NCBI RefSeq assembly: GCF_042675905.1
Contig: NZ_JBHTJZ010000011.1
Coordinates: 54,636 to 118,635, forward strand
From: Paenibacillus chungangensis
GTDB lineage: Bacteria; Bacillota; Bacilli; Paenibacillales; Paenibacillaceae
Reading direction: 5' to 3'
Length of the DNA: 64,000 nucleotides
Numbering within the stretch: position 1 is the stretch's first letter; each line of letters starts with the position of its first letter. The translations under genes were made by a program, and so were the position numbers. Positions 9,641 to 19,695 of the stretch are shown in pieces. The notes beneath the pieces are model-generated. The model was not told the DNA's origin, made no database searches, and saw nothing but the letters and a program-made list of their open reading frames with translations.

Positions 9641-11251
9641 ATGCACAGGTACGTTAAAAAGTCACTTGTCCTGTTAGCACTCACGATGGCAGTAACGGCA
9701 TGCTCCAACAATAACACGCCGCCGACTGGAACAGAAAAACCCGCGGGCGGAGCAACTGCAGAGCCGACCGCTGCGGCCACCGAAAAGCCGGAAGAAACGT
9801 ACAAAATTACAGGAGCGACTTATATATTCGGCAACCCGCCACCGAAAGACGGCCGCGGTCAACAAATGCTGAATGAGAAGTTCAATGTTGACTACTTCGC
9901 GGAGAAAATCCCGAATGACAATTTCGTCGAGAAAATAACGGCTATGGTTGCAGGCGGCAATATGCCGGATCAAATCAGCTTCCGCGCGGCCAATATCGAC
10001 CTGTTCAATCGCTGGGCCAAGCAGAACGCCTTCTTGCCGCTGAACGACTACATTGAGGAATTCGACTACTTGAAAGAAATTCCTGATGAGCTATGGCTTC
10101 CATTCACCGTGGACGGCAAAATCTATGGTATTCCAACCTGGTCTCCTGTCGAGTCGCAATCGTTCATGGTGCGCAAGGACTGGCTGGACAATCTCGGCCT
10201 TGAAGTCCCGACAAGCTATGAGGAATTGAAGGAAGTGGCGATCGCCTTCACCAATGGTGATCCCGACAAGAACGGTCAGAACGATACTTACGGTCTGGCT
10301 ATCGGACAGAACATTAACCCTACTTTCTCCATGGGGCCATATTGGCAGCATGATACCTGGTACCATCAGGATGCGGAAGGCAACTTTCTTCCAGGCTTGA
10401 TCTCCGATGGCAGAAAAGAACTCATTCAATTTTTTAGCGACCTTTACGCAGAGAAAGCGTTGACAAGCGATTTTGCCGTCGTCAACTGGGCCGACACCAA
10501 CAATGAATTCTACTCCGGCAAAGCGGGAGCGTTCCTGATCGCAGTCCGTGGAATGTCGCAAGATTATATGAAGACATTGCTTGAAATTAATCCGGGCGCA
10601 GAATTTGTCGTGCTGGAACCGTTCGCAGCGCCAGACGGCTCACAAGGCTTCTCCGCAGGACAGGGTTATGGAAGAATGCTTGCCCTTAATGCGAAGCTGG
10701 CCGACAATCCGGACAAAGTGCGCAAAATGCTGGAAATTCACGGCTTCTCGCGCAACTATTATCAAGCTTCCAAAAACTCTTCCGACAATGAAGATTTCGA
10801 CTGGTTCTACGGCAATGAAGGTACCGGCTATACGCTTGACAAGAACAACACACGCGTTCCATTGAACGAACCTGCTGCCGGGGTTGAGCCGTTCTTATAC
10901 TTCCTAGACAGTACAGCATGGATCTCCGCCGATGACGATGCGGAATACCCGCGTGCCTATTCGGAGCCTAAGCTAATTGAAGCTACTCAGCAGCTTGTTG
11001 ACATTAATAAAAAGTACAAACTATACTACCCGCCGCATGTCGGCATCATCTCGCCTGCCGAGATTGAGTTCGGTCCTGAATTGACGCAAATGTTAATGAA
11101 TGAGCAAACCAAAATGATTACAGGCAATCGTCCTATCTCGGATTGGGATGCGATGGTAACAGAATATATGGATCGCGGCGGCAAAAAAATCATTGAAGAG
11201 TACAACGCCGAGATCAAAGCAAGAGGTTATAGCGATCGAATTTGGAAATAG
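9641..11251 (+). CDS. Extracellular solute-binding lipoprotein (LplA/family-1 SBP-like)
   Basis: GGAGGGG SD then ATG at 9641. [25 protein letters not shown] lipobox. About 535 aa, typical of an oligosaccharide-binding protein. Confidence 0.8.
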   Translation: MHRYVKKSLVLLALTMAVTACSNNNTPPTGTEKPAGGATAEPTAAATEKPEETYKITGATYIFGNPPPKDGRGQQMLNEKFNVDYFAEKIPNDNFVEKITAMVAGGNMPDQISFRAANIDLFNRWAKQNAFLPLNDYIEEFDYLKEIPDELWLPFTVDGKIYGIPTWSPVESQSFMVRKDWLDNLGLEVPTSYEELKEVAIAFTNGDPDKNGQNDTYGLAIGQNINPTFSMGPYWQHDTWYHQDAEGNFLPGLISDGRKELIQFFSDLYAEKALTSDFAVVNWADTNNEFYSGKAGAFLIAVRGMSQDYMKTLLEINPGAEFVVLEPFAAPDGSQGFSAGQGYGRMLALNAKLADNPDKVRKMLEIHGFSRNYYQASKNSSDNEDFDWFYGNEGTGYTLDKNNTRVPLNEPAAGVEPFLYFLDSTAWISADDDAEYPRAYSEPKLIEATQQLVDINKKYKLYYPPHVGIISPAEIEFGPELTQMLMNEQTKMITGNRPISDWDAMVTEYMDRGGKKIIEEYNAEIKARGYSDRIWK

Positions 11252-11256
11252 GACCA

Positions 11257-11293
11257 ATATGTTGGGCTCTACAAAAGCCCAACATATTTTTTA
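11257..11293 (+). terminator. Rho-independent terminator after the SBP gene
   Basis: 12-bp perfect stem atatgttgggct/agcccaacatat, 7-nt loop, then TTTTTT. Confidence 0.7.
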
Positions 11294-11330
11294 TCCACTA
11301 TCTCCATTACTTCAACAAAAGGTTGTGACA

Positions 11331-13031
11331 ATGATGCCTGCAGCAGCTCGATTAGCCGTATGGATTGATAAGGAAACACAAAAGCATAGACACCGATATG
11401 GCGTCAACGTCTTTCAAAATAATATTCGAGAAATGCTCTCTCACTCCGGGTTCACCTATACCGTTCTGGAAAGTGCAGAACAAATCACTCGTCAGGAAGC
11501 GGATATTGTCATTGCCGCATTGGTTAGCGAGCGAGAAGAAGATATGACGCTTCTCAAGCAATTCATGCTGGAAGGAGGCACCGTAATATCTTACGCAGGA
11601 ATGACCCCGCTTGCCGCCGAATTATCTTGCACGCCGATGAGGCCGCTGCCTGTCGGCTACGCCGAGCTGCACACTGGCTGGTATGAGGACGTTCCTCTAC
11701 GTTGCTTTGATAGCCGACCTTGGGAACTGGCAGATGCCACTGATGCTTCGGTCTCACAGATCGGGACGCTTCGTCAGGATCATCCCGAAGGATTGCGCTG
11801 CGGTATGCTGCTGCAAAGCTTCCAAGTCGGCGAGGGTAGACTGGAGCGCTGGGCTGTTGATATTCCCGCAACTGTAGTAAGACTACAGCAGGGCAGCATG
11901 CCGATCGTATCAGATGGTCTTCCGGCGCCGGATGGAACAGGCGCTGTAAATGACTGGATTCTGAAAGCCGACGACGATGTGCAGCAGGACTGGGAATACG
12001 ATCGCCTGTCTACCGAGACGGGAATGGCGTACTTCGCTCATCCTTATGCCGACTTATGGAAGCAAGTCATCGCCGGACATTTGATCACAGTCGCTGCCGA
12101 ACAGGGTCTCATTCTGCCATTCGTCGATTACTGGCCAGACGGTGTCGATCGCATCGCTATGATCTCGCATGACAGCGACCTTAATATCGACGAGGCGGCG
12201 GAGATTACGCTGCAAGTGTTGAAGGAACACGATGTGCAGAGTACATGGTGCATGATCGAACCGGGGTTCTCCCCGCATCTCTATGATCAGATCAAAGCAG
12301 ACGGTCATGAGCTTGCTTTGCATTACAACGCGCTGGAGAAAGACAATGGCTTCTGGGACGAACAGGAATTCGTCAGGCAGTTGGAATGGTTCCTGTCTGC
12401 TGCAGATGTCCCGCAGTCCGAATCCAATAAAAATCATTATACACGCTTTGAAGGCTGGGGCGAGCTGTTCGACTGGTGCGAGAAACACGGCATTGCATCC
12501 GATCAATCAAGGGGGCCCAGCAAAAAAGGAAATATCGGTTTTACATTCGGAACATGCCATCCTTACTTCCCTATCGCCTGGTCCGATCAACAGAATCGCA
12601 TGTACGATGTATTGGAGATCGGCTTCCTCACCCAGGATCTGGACCATAGCACGTTGGCCGACAGCAGTGTCATTGCGCCATTCCTGGAAGGGGTCAGCAA
12701 GGTGAGCGGGGTCGCACATTTCTTGTTTCATCAAACGCATATTTTGGAGCAGCCCAAGGTTCGCGAAGCCATCATGAAAGTGATAACAGAATCGAAGCGT
12801 CGCGACTTCCAATTTTGGACTGGACGTCAAATCAATCATTGGGTCCGCGCAAGACGACAGCTTCGCTTCGAAGGCATAGATAAGTGCGGAAATATGCTGT
12901 ATGATAACCCCGCGAGCATCAGCGGCGCTGTTGTATGGACCCCGCTTCTTGCGGAAGATGCGGCACGGCTCGAGCCTGATCATGTTCAATTGAAATTCGG
13001 CTTGCCTTGCAGGAAATCGATAATCGAATAA
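11331..13031 (+). CDS. Two-domain protein: N-terminal class-I glutamine-amidotransferase-like fold plus C-terminal polysaccharide deacetylase (CE4/NodB-like)
   Basis: Probable start [13 protein letters not shown] after the terminator (the track ORF from 11193 runs back through it). Deacetylase-like stretch [38 protein letters not shown]...HELALHYN. Confidence 0.5.
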   Translation: MMPAAARLAVWIDKETQKHRHRYGVNVFQNNIREMLSHSGFTYTVLESAEQITRQEADIVIAALVSEREEDMTLLKQFMLEGGTVISYAGMTPLAAELSCTPMRPLPVGYAELHTGWYEDVPLRCFDSRPWELADATDASVSQIGTLRQDHPEGLRCGMLLQSFQVGEGRLERWAVDIPATVVRLQQGSMPIVSDGLPAPDGTGAVNDWILKADDDVQQDWEYDRLSTETGMAYFAHPYADLWKQVIAGHLITVAAEQGLILPFVDYWPDGVDRIAMISHDSDLNIDEAAEITLQVLKEHDVQSTWCMIEPGFSPHLYDQIKADGHELALHYNALEKDNGFWDEQEFVRQLEWFLSAADVPQSESNKNHYTRFEGWGELFDWCEKHGIASDQSRGPSKKGNIGFTFGTCHPYFPIAWSDQQNRMYDVLEIGFLTQDLDHSTLADSSVIAPFLEGVSKVSGVAHFLFHQTHILEQPKVREAIMKVITESKRRDFQFWTGRQINHWVRARRQLRFEGIDKCGNMLYDNPASISGAVVWTPLLAEDAARLEPDHVQLKFGLPCRKSIIE

Positions 13032-13053
13032 ACGCAGATGAGGTGAAGTCCAA

Positions 13054-14295
13054 GTGAAGCTTTCGCATAAACTCGCCATTCATGGTGGAGAAAAAACAAA
13101 GAAAAATCCTTTCGGCACCGGAAAACGATTCGGTGCTGAGGAAGCGCAGCAGTTATTAGAAGCTTTGGAGCAAAACACATTATTCTATCATTTCGGAAGC
13201 AAGGTAAAACAATTTTTGTCCGACTTCAATACCATGTACAGTGTTCCATATAGCGTTGCCACCTCGTCAGGGACAGCCGCTTTACACGTAGCGCTTGGCG
13301 CTGCCGGAGTGTCTGTAGGGGATGAGGTGATTACAAGTCCGATTACGGATCAAGGCACAGTTATTGGCATTTTGTATCAAAACGCCGTTCCTGTATTCGC
13401 TGATCTGGAGCCCTATTCATTTAACCTGGATCCCAAATCCATTGAGGCGTGCATCACTCCGCGAACGAAGGCGATCGTCGTTGTCCATCTGGCGGGCAAC
13501 CCATGCGATATGGACCCCATTATGGAAATTGCCAGAAAATATAATGTAAAAGTAATCGAAGACTGTGCGCAGGCATACTTGACCAAATATAAAGGCAGAC
13601 TCGTCGGTACGATCGGTGATTATGGCTGCTTCAGCACGAATGATTTCAAGCATATCTCGACAGGAGACGGCGGCATTGTAACCGTCAATTCGGGAGATGA
13701 GGCAGATTACCACCTTACGCATGCTTTCGCCGATAAAAACTATAAACGTCTGGGCAATGATCTGAACCGAATGCCTGAGAGCCTCGCGCCCAATTATCGG
13801 ATGACAGAACTGCAAGGCGCAGTTGGCATCGCGCAGCTAACAAAAATGGAATGGATATGTGAACAAAGAACCCGATTCGGCAATGCCATTAATGAAGGTC
13901 TGCAAGGCTTGAAAGGGTTGACCCCCATGCAGGTGGCAGCAGATAATACTTGTACTTATTGGTTCTACATGTTCCGGCTGAACGAAGAAAATCTAAACTG
14001 TACCCGCGAGCAATTCTGCGACGCCCTGCATGCGGAAGGCATTACGAATCGCATGGGCTATATCCCTGACGTCGTCTATATGCAGCCCATGTTTCAAAAC
14101 AAGCAAGCTTATTTGAACAGCCAGTTTCCTTTCGACTTGACTGACACGACTTATAAGAGAGGCGATTGCCCGGTTGCGGAAGCGATTTTGCAAACGGCAG
14201 TGCAAGTGCCGATTAGTGAATTTTACACGAAAGAAGATATTGCGGAAGTTATTGCGGCCATACGCAAAGTAACCTTATACTTTCAGAAACTGTGA
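13054..14295 (+). CDS. DegT/DnrJ/EryC1/StrS-family PLP-dependent sugar aminotransferase
   Basis: GTG start with GAGGTGAAG SD. Motifs GDEVITSPITDQGT and STNDFKHISTGDGG (PLP lysine). 413 aa. Confidence 0.8.
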   Translation: MKLSHKLAIHGGEKTKKNPFGTGKRFGAEEAQQLLEALEQNTLFYHFGSKVKQFLSDFNTMYSVPYSVATSSGTAALHVALGAAGVSVGDEVITSPITDQGTVIGILYQNAVPVFADLEPYSFNLDPKSIEACITPRTKAIVVVHLAGNPCDMDPIMEIARKYNVKVIEDCAQAYLTKYKGRLVGTIGDYGCFSTNDFKHISTGDGGIVTVNSGDEADYHLTHAFADKNYKRLGNDLNRMPESLAPNYRMTELQGAVGIAQLTKMEWICEQRTRFGNAINEGLQGLKGLTPMQVAADNTCTYWFYMFRLNEENLNCTREQFCDALHAEGITNRMGYIPDVVYMQPMFQNKQAYLNSQFPFDLTDTTYKRGDCPVAEAILQTAVQVPISEFYTKEDIAEVIAAIRKVTLYFQKL

Positions 14296-14314
14296 GAAAA
14301 GGGAGAGCGGTTCA

Positions 14315-16192
14315 ATGAGCTTTACTGATCTGGGCATTCCTGTAGATGCGGTGGAATCGAGAACCGGGGCCGTATGCGTGAACTCCGCAGGCGACAGCCG
14401 CATCGTCATAGCTGCAAAAGGCTTCTTGCTCGTAGCGGACCCCGTATCGGGGGATTGCCGGCAGTTGTTCTTCCCCGACCATCATTCCGAATATCCATAC
14501 GACACTTTCAGCAGCCGATGCGGCATGCTTTATGTGGGAGCCGGCAACAGATTTTACGTCTTCGATCCCTTCCGGCTCCACTATATAGACACGCTGTTCG
14601 CTGACGATGAGAACGAGCTCTGCGGCTTCAGCTACGCGGAGAATGAAGAAGGACATATCTACATGACTTCTTACCCGCAGAGCAAGCTTTACCGTTATCG
14701 ACCCATTGAACGGGACTTCGTCTGTATGGGCAGTATGGATCCAGAGCAAAAATACCCTTCGCACATGGCTGTTGATGCCTACGGCTGGGTTTATATAGGT
14801 ACGGGTACAACCAAAAAAAACATTGTCGCCTATCACCCTGCAGACAGCTCGACTCCTCGATCCCTGCTTCCAGATGAGCTCAGAACGATCGGCATCGGCG
14901 TCGTCAGACAAGCCGGTGCGCCTCAGGCGCCCTGCAATCGGGTATACGCTCAATTAGGCGAGCAATGGGTGCTGCTGGAGCAAGGGGGGATCGTCGGGCA
15001 TGTGCGCGATGAGGAGGTCCCCGCCTCCTCATACAACGGAGCCAGCTTCGCGAAGTTCCATCGCCAGCTTCCCGGAGACTGGGAGCTCATTAGCCACAGT
15101 CTATCGAATAGGGAACTGCTATTGCGTCACCGCCATACCGGGCAAGCAAGGCGGATAGAGCTCCGCTATTCATCGGAGGGAGCGGCGCTGTCGCCGATTG
15201 TCGCCGGAGCGGATGGCTGCTTGTACGGCACGTCTAACCATCCGCTGCATTTCTTCACCTATCAACTGGTTGACCCTACTGGAGAATCCTCACACGATTC
15301 CCAAGCCGGAGATTCTTCCAGACTGCACAATCTGGGGCCTAGAATCGTAAAGGGCGGCAATCTGGCCGCTTATGCCGTGCAGAGGAATATTCTCGCAGGC
15401 GCTGCGTACCCTGGCGGAGGGCTGTATCTCTTCGACACATCGAAGCCATTGCATTCGGCGAATGCCGAGCCGAACGGTACGCTTGATGGCTTGCACAACC
15501 CGCGACTCGTCACCGAGCATATCGAAATTCATCGTCCCAGATGCGCCATTGCGCTGCAGGACGGTGAACATATCGCTTATGGCGGATTTCCGGGCTACGG
15601 CATGGTCGGCGGAGCACTATGCGTCTACCATCTGCCTACTGGCAAGGATCATCTTCTGCTGCATACGGAGCTGGTTCCCAATCAGAGCACAGTCTCTCTT
15701 GTCGAGACAGCTCCCGGCATTCTAATTGGCGGCACGAGCGTTGAGACGCCGGGCGGAGCGGAGCCACTATCGCCGACAGCGCGCCTATATATGCTTAATT
15801 GGAAGGAACGTGACGTGATGCGGATCTGGAAGCTTCATGACCGGATTCGCGAATATTCCCATCTTCTGATGGATGCAAGAGGCAGGCTGCATATCCTGAC
15901 CTCTTGCTCCACTTATTATGTGTGGGACCCCGTGCATGAATCCATTGTGTGCGAGGAAGACCTGTCGGCATGGGGGACTGTTGTCAGACAAGGCTGGGAG
16001 ATGAGCGAAGAGGACGATTGCATATACGGGGCGCTCAGCCAGGCTCTATTCCGCATCCCGCTTAGCAGCATGAAGCCCGAACGAATAGCCATCCCTCCAG
16101 GCCATGTTACAGCGGGCTTCGTCAAGCATAACACGGAGTTGTATTTTGCAATCTCCACCCATTTATGGAGATACACATTGCCAAAGAGGTGA
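14315..16192 (+). CDS. Cytoplasmic beta-propeller protein, paralogous to the propeller module of the giant SLH protein
   Basis: No signal peptide. Shared blocks LYRYRP versus LYRYIP, and LVPNQSTVSLVETAPGILIGGTSVETPGGAEPLSPTARLYMLNW versus IIPNQSVLSLVYKDGLLYGGTSIHGGQGGVPTATEARLFVWDV. Confidence 0.6.
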   Translation: MSFTDLGIPVDAVESRTGAVCVNSAGDSRIVIAAKGFLLVADPVSGDCRQLFFPDHHSEYPYDTFSSRCGMLYVGAGNRFYVFDPFRLHYIDTLFADDENELCGFSYAENEEGHIYMTSYPQSKLYRYRPIERDFVCMGSMDPEQKYPSHMAVDAYGWVYIGTGTTKKNIVAYHPADSSTPRSLLPDELRTIGIGVVRQAGAPQAPCNRVYAQLGEQWVLLEQGGIVGHVRDEEVPASSYNGASFAKFHRQLPGDWELISHSLSNRELLLRHRHTGQARRIELRYSSEGAALSPIVAGADGCLYGTSNHPLHFFTYQLVDPTGESSHDSQAGDSSRLHNLGPRIVKGGNLAAYAVQRNILAGAAYPGGGLYLFDTSKPLHSANAEPNGTLDGLHNPRLVTEHIEIHRPRCAIALQDGEHIAYGGFPGYGMVGGALCVYHLPTGKDHLLLHTELVPNQSTVSLVETAPGILIGGTSVETPGGAEPLSPTARLYMLNWKERDVMRIWKLHDRIREYSHLLMDARGRLHILTSCSTYYVWDPVHESIVCEEDLSAWGTVVRQGWEMSEEDDCIYGALSQALFRIPLSSMKPERIAIPPGHVTAGFVKHNTELYFAISTHLWRYTLPKR

Positions 16193-16197
16193 CATAA

Positions 16198-17237
16198 TGA
16201 GCTATCAGCTATCACAGCTTTCCGAAGAGACCTTCCCACATCTTCTCAATGGTATTGCTGACCCGACCGCATGGGAAGCGAAGCGAGACCGCATTGCCGA
16301 AGTATGGCGCCAATACATCGGATGGATGCCTGATCGCGTGCCTTCCTCTTATACGGTTCATTCCGAGCATAGGGAAGGGGATCATATCCGCATTCATCTA
16401 TCCTATGAGACTGCTTATCGCGATCTCGTCTACGCCTATTTGCTAATTCCTATCAAGAACGCAGCAAGCGAGTCGACGGAATCACAGCGGTATCCGGCTG
16501 TATTGGCGCTTCATCCGACCGATAGCAGAGGCAAGGCCGATATCGCGTTAAGTACGGGGAGAGAGGGACGTCAGTATGCGCTTGAGCTTGTAACCCGGGG
16601 ATATGTCGTGCTGGCCCCTGACACCATCGCGGCGGGAGAGCGCATCTATCCGGGTACGGCAGCGTTTCAGACTGCACCGTTCTATGAACAATTTCCAGAA
16701 AGCACCGCAGTAGGTAAAATGATTCATGACCATAAACAAGGCATTGACCTGCTGCAGTCGCTCCCTTATGTGGACCCGGACCGGATCGGCGCCATCGGTC
16801 ACTCACTCGGAGCATATAACGCTTATTTCCTGGCGGCCATGGATGACAGAATAAAAGCTGTCGTATCCAGCTGTGGATTTTGCCCATTCCTGTATGATCC
16901 CGATCCGAATCGTTGGGGACAGCGCGACTGGTTCTCTCATTTCCCTAGGTTAACCAATGCTATTCAAGAAGACCGGATTCCGTTCGAATTCCATGAAATA
17001 ATGGCACTAATGGCGCCGACACCTATATTCAACTGGTTTGCTCAACAAGACAAAATATTTCCGAACTGGCACGCCGCCGCATTTGCTTCAATGGACATTC
17101 ACCGCTTATATCAATGGATGGGACGAGCAGACGCTTACATCTCTTTAATGGGCTGTGAAGGTCATGATTTCCCCAAGCATATTCGACCCGTAAGCTATCA
17201 ATTTCTTGATCACTGGTTAAGGAATTATGATGTATAA
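16198..17237 (+). CDS. Alpha/beta hydrolase (dienelactone hydrolase/esterase-like)
   Basis: AAAGAGGTG SD then ATG at 16198. Nucleophile elbow GHSLGA in IGAIGHSLGAYNAYFL. Confidence 0.65.
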
Positions 17238-17299
17238 TGTATATATCATTAGTCCATATAATGGATAAAAGCTGATTTAGATTTAGGAGCGGATGGATT

Positions 17300-18748
17300 G
17301 TGCTACGGAGAAAAGATGATTTTGCAAGGCGGTATGAAAAATTCAAAAATGATCTCCGAGGAGAGATAGTAAGCGGAACGATTAAACCAAACGAATTTAT
17401 ATTGCCGGAAAACACATTAAGCGAACGTTATCAGCTTAGTCGTGTCTCTGTCCGCAAAGTATTGGCGGAGCTCGTCGAAGAAGGGCTCATTGAGAAAATT
17501 TCCGGAAAAGGCAACCGAGTCACAGTTCCGGCTAAAGGATTGGAAAGCAAGGAAACGATAAAACTATCCTGGTTCTCTACCTCGTATGAAATAGATATTG
17601 TTCGTGAGATTATACAGCAATATGAGCGCTCTCAGCCATTCGCCAATATTGATTTGACGATCATTCCTGAATCAGGATATGTGGAAACGCTGACTCAGCT
17701 CATTGAGAATGATGATGGGCCAGACGTATTCATGATTTCCGACAGTCAATTTCGTGAATGGGTGGATATGGAGAAAACGCACCTTTTCCATCCCTACCTA
17801 TCAGCTGACATGCACCCGGAAACGGACAGCTATCCAAGTGTATTCAACCTGTTTGAACATGAAGGACAGGCCATCATCACACCGTTCCTGTTCTCTCCGG
17901 TTGTCATCTGCTACAACGAGAATTTAATTGATCCCGCAAGCGTTCATGAGAAGCAGGCATTTGCCAATTGGGATACATTGCTGGAAACAGCCAAGATGAG
18001 TACGATTTATTCAGAAGACGACGAGCGTATTAATCACTATGGCTTTTGCTTCTCTTCATCACCGCATAGATGGCCCGTCTTCATGCTGCAAAATGAAGGG
18101 ACTTTACTATCGGACAACGAGGAAAGCAATAGGGGCAATGCCAATACGATTGAATCATTGCAGTTCTGCCTTGATTTGATGTATAAGGAGCATGTGTCCC
18201 CGATTTATTCGCACGGCAGCGAGTTTTTGGCTGAATCGCTGTTCGCGAAAGAACGGGTAGCGATGATTCTGAGCACGTATTACTTTATGAACGAGTTCAG
18301 AGGTAGCTCGATTCCCTGGAACGTGAGGCTGCTGCCCAAGCAAAAAACGGAAGGCACACTCCTGCTTGGCGGCGGACTGGCGCTGAACAAGAAAAGTCCT
18401 CGGCGCAAGCTGGCCCAAAGCTTTATCGACTATATGGTCAGCGCGGAAGCACAAACGCTGTTGAAAAAGCGTGGTTGCACGATACCGGCCCGCAAGGAAA
18501 TTGCGGAAAACGATAAGCTGTTAAATCCGCAAATTCATCCCAGGGATTATAATATTTTCAAAGAAATGATGCCCTATGCGGTTCCGCTGCTAAAACTGGG
18601 ACTGTCCCATAGCGAGATCAATATGATGCGAAATGAACTCCAGTTAATGTGGATGAATATGGAGAGCCCTCGCGATGCTTGTCCCCGGATTGCAAGACTT
18701 ATCCATGAACAGCGTGCTGCCGGCCGATATGCGAAGACCAGAGGCTGA
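17300..18748 (+). CDS. GntR-family transcriptional regulator fused to a periplasmic-binding-protein-like sensor domain
   Basis: GTG start after AGGAGC. N-terminal winged HTH (SERYQLSRVSVRKVLAELVEEGLIEKISGKGNRV). About 400-aa C-terminal SBP-like domain. Confidence 0.7.
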   Translation: MLRRKDDFARRYEKFKNDLRGEIVSGTIKPNEFILPENTLSERYQLSRVSVRKVLAELVEEGLIEKISGKGNRVTVPAKGLESKETIKLSWFSTSYEIDIVREIIQQYERSQPFANIDLTIIPESGYVETLTQLIENDDGPDVFMISDSQFREWVDMEKTHLFHPYLSADMHPETDSYPSVFNLFEHEGQAIITPFLFSPVVICYNENLIDPASVHEKQAFANWDTLLETAKMSTIYSEDDERINHYGFCFSSSPHRWPVFMLQNEGTLLSDNEESNRGNANTIESLQFCLDLMYKEHVSPIYSHGSEFLAESLFAKERVAMILSTYYFMNEFRGSSIPWNVRLLPKQKTEGTLLLGGGLALNKKSPRRKLAQSFIDYMVSAEAQTLLKKRGCTIPARKEIAENDKLLNPQIHPRDYNIFKEMMPYAVPLLKLGLSHSEINMMRNELQLMWMNMESPRDACPRIARLIHEQRAAGRYAKTRG

Positions 18749-18772
18749 ACCTCTTATGAACGCTGCATCAAT

Positions 18773-18801
18773 TGACAACCCTCGGCCAACCGGTCATAAT
18801 G
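18773..18801 (+). promoter_or_regulatory. Sigma-A-type promoter for the downstream Uma2 gene
   Basis: TTGACA, 17 nt, CATAAT. About 100-nt leader with a gcaataattgc hairpin. SD GAGGGGGA precedes ATG 18901. Confidence 0.4.
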
Positions 18802-18900
18802 AAAGCAATAATTGCTTGAGGAAGCACCTCTGAAGATACGAGACACCTGTGTGTTTCTTCTTTAGGGGTGCTGTTCATATTGAGGGGGATGTTGATTGAT

Positions 18901-19509
18901 ATGAATCGCAACAAAAACGATGAAGATGCAAATCTCGCTAAAAATAAGGATAAGATCCGGGAACAGTCGATCACGTACGAGATGTATGCCGAGCTGCCGG
19001 ACGACGGGCAACGATATGAGATTTTCGACGGAATATTGGAGATGATGTCTCCAGGGCCTTCGCCAAGGCATCAAGATGTAAATAGAGAACTGGAATTTAT
19101 ATTGATGCAGAGCTGCAGGAACGACTATCTCATTTATGATGCGCCTATTGATGTCATTTTAAGCGACAGGAATGTCGTTCAGCCCGATGTGCTAATGATT
19201 CATCGCAGTCGCCTGCAGATCATCACGAAGCGAGGAATCGAGGGGGCTCCTGATCTTGTCGTGGAGATCGTCTCGCCCGGCTCACGCAGCAGGGATCGCA
19301 TCACGAAACTGAGGCTTTACGCCCGACATGACGTTCCCGAATATTGGGTTATTGATGCGGATTCACTCACGCTGGAGCAATACAGGCTGATCGATGGCGG
19401 GCAATATGAGCTGATTAACCTGTTCGAAGGAGACGATCGGGTTTATTCGGACAAGCTGCCGTGCGTCTCATTCTCCGTAAGCGAGATTTTCCGGGAAGTT
19501 CGCGGTTGA
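18901..19509 (+). CDS. Uma2-family (DUF820) putative restriction-endonuclease-like protein
   Basis: Motifs ERYEIFDGILEMMSPGPSPRH and PDLVVEIVSPGSRSRDRITKLRLYARHDVPEYWVID. Confidence 0.75.
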   Translation: MNRNKNDEDANLAKNKDKIREQSITYEMYAELPDDGQRYEIFDGILEMMSPGPSPRHQDVNRELEFILMQSCRNDYLIYDAPIDVILSDRNVVQPDVLMIHRSRLQIITKRGIEGAPDLVVEIVSPGSRSRDRITKLRLYARHDVPEYWVIDADSLTLEQYRLIDGGQYELINLFEGDDRVYSDKLPCVSFSVSEIFREVRG

Positions 19510-19596
19510 GACACTCATTAGATACGCCGTCAACGTCACGCGGTCATCTTCGCTTAGTTGAAACTGCAACTTATTCATAACATTTACCTCCTATGT

Positions 19597-19639
19597 TAAA
19601 AAAGCCACAAAACATAGGTATCCCTAGTATTTTGTGGCT
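19597..19639 (-). terminator. Rho-independent terminator of the sulfatase gene
   Basis: 10-bp perfect stem agccacaaaa/ttttgtggct with a 17-nt loop. The A-run at 19597..19602 on the plus strand is a T-run on the minus strand. Confidence 0.6.
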
Positions 19640-19695
19640 CTGCTATTATGTCTCGGCACGCATTAGCCGCAGGAGCAATTATGAGCTCGGCTTCT

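Noticed and set aside
11193-11330. Extension of the deacetylase-like ORF back to 11193 (overlapping the SBP gene)
   Set aside because: The extension runs through a strong rho-independent terminator (11257..11293) and overlaps the SBP 3' end. ATG at 11331 after the terminator is the sensible start.
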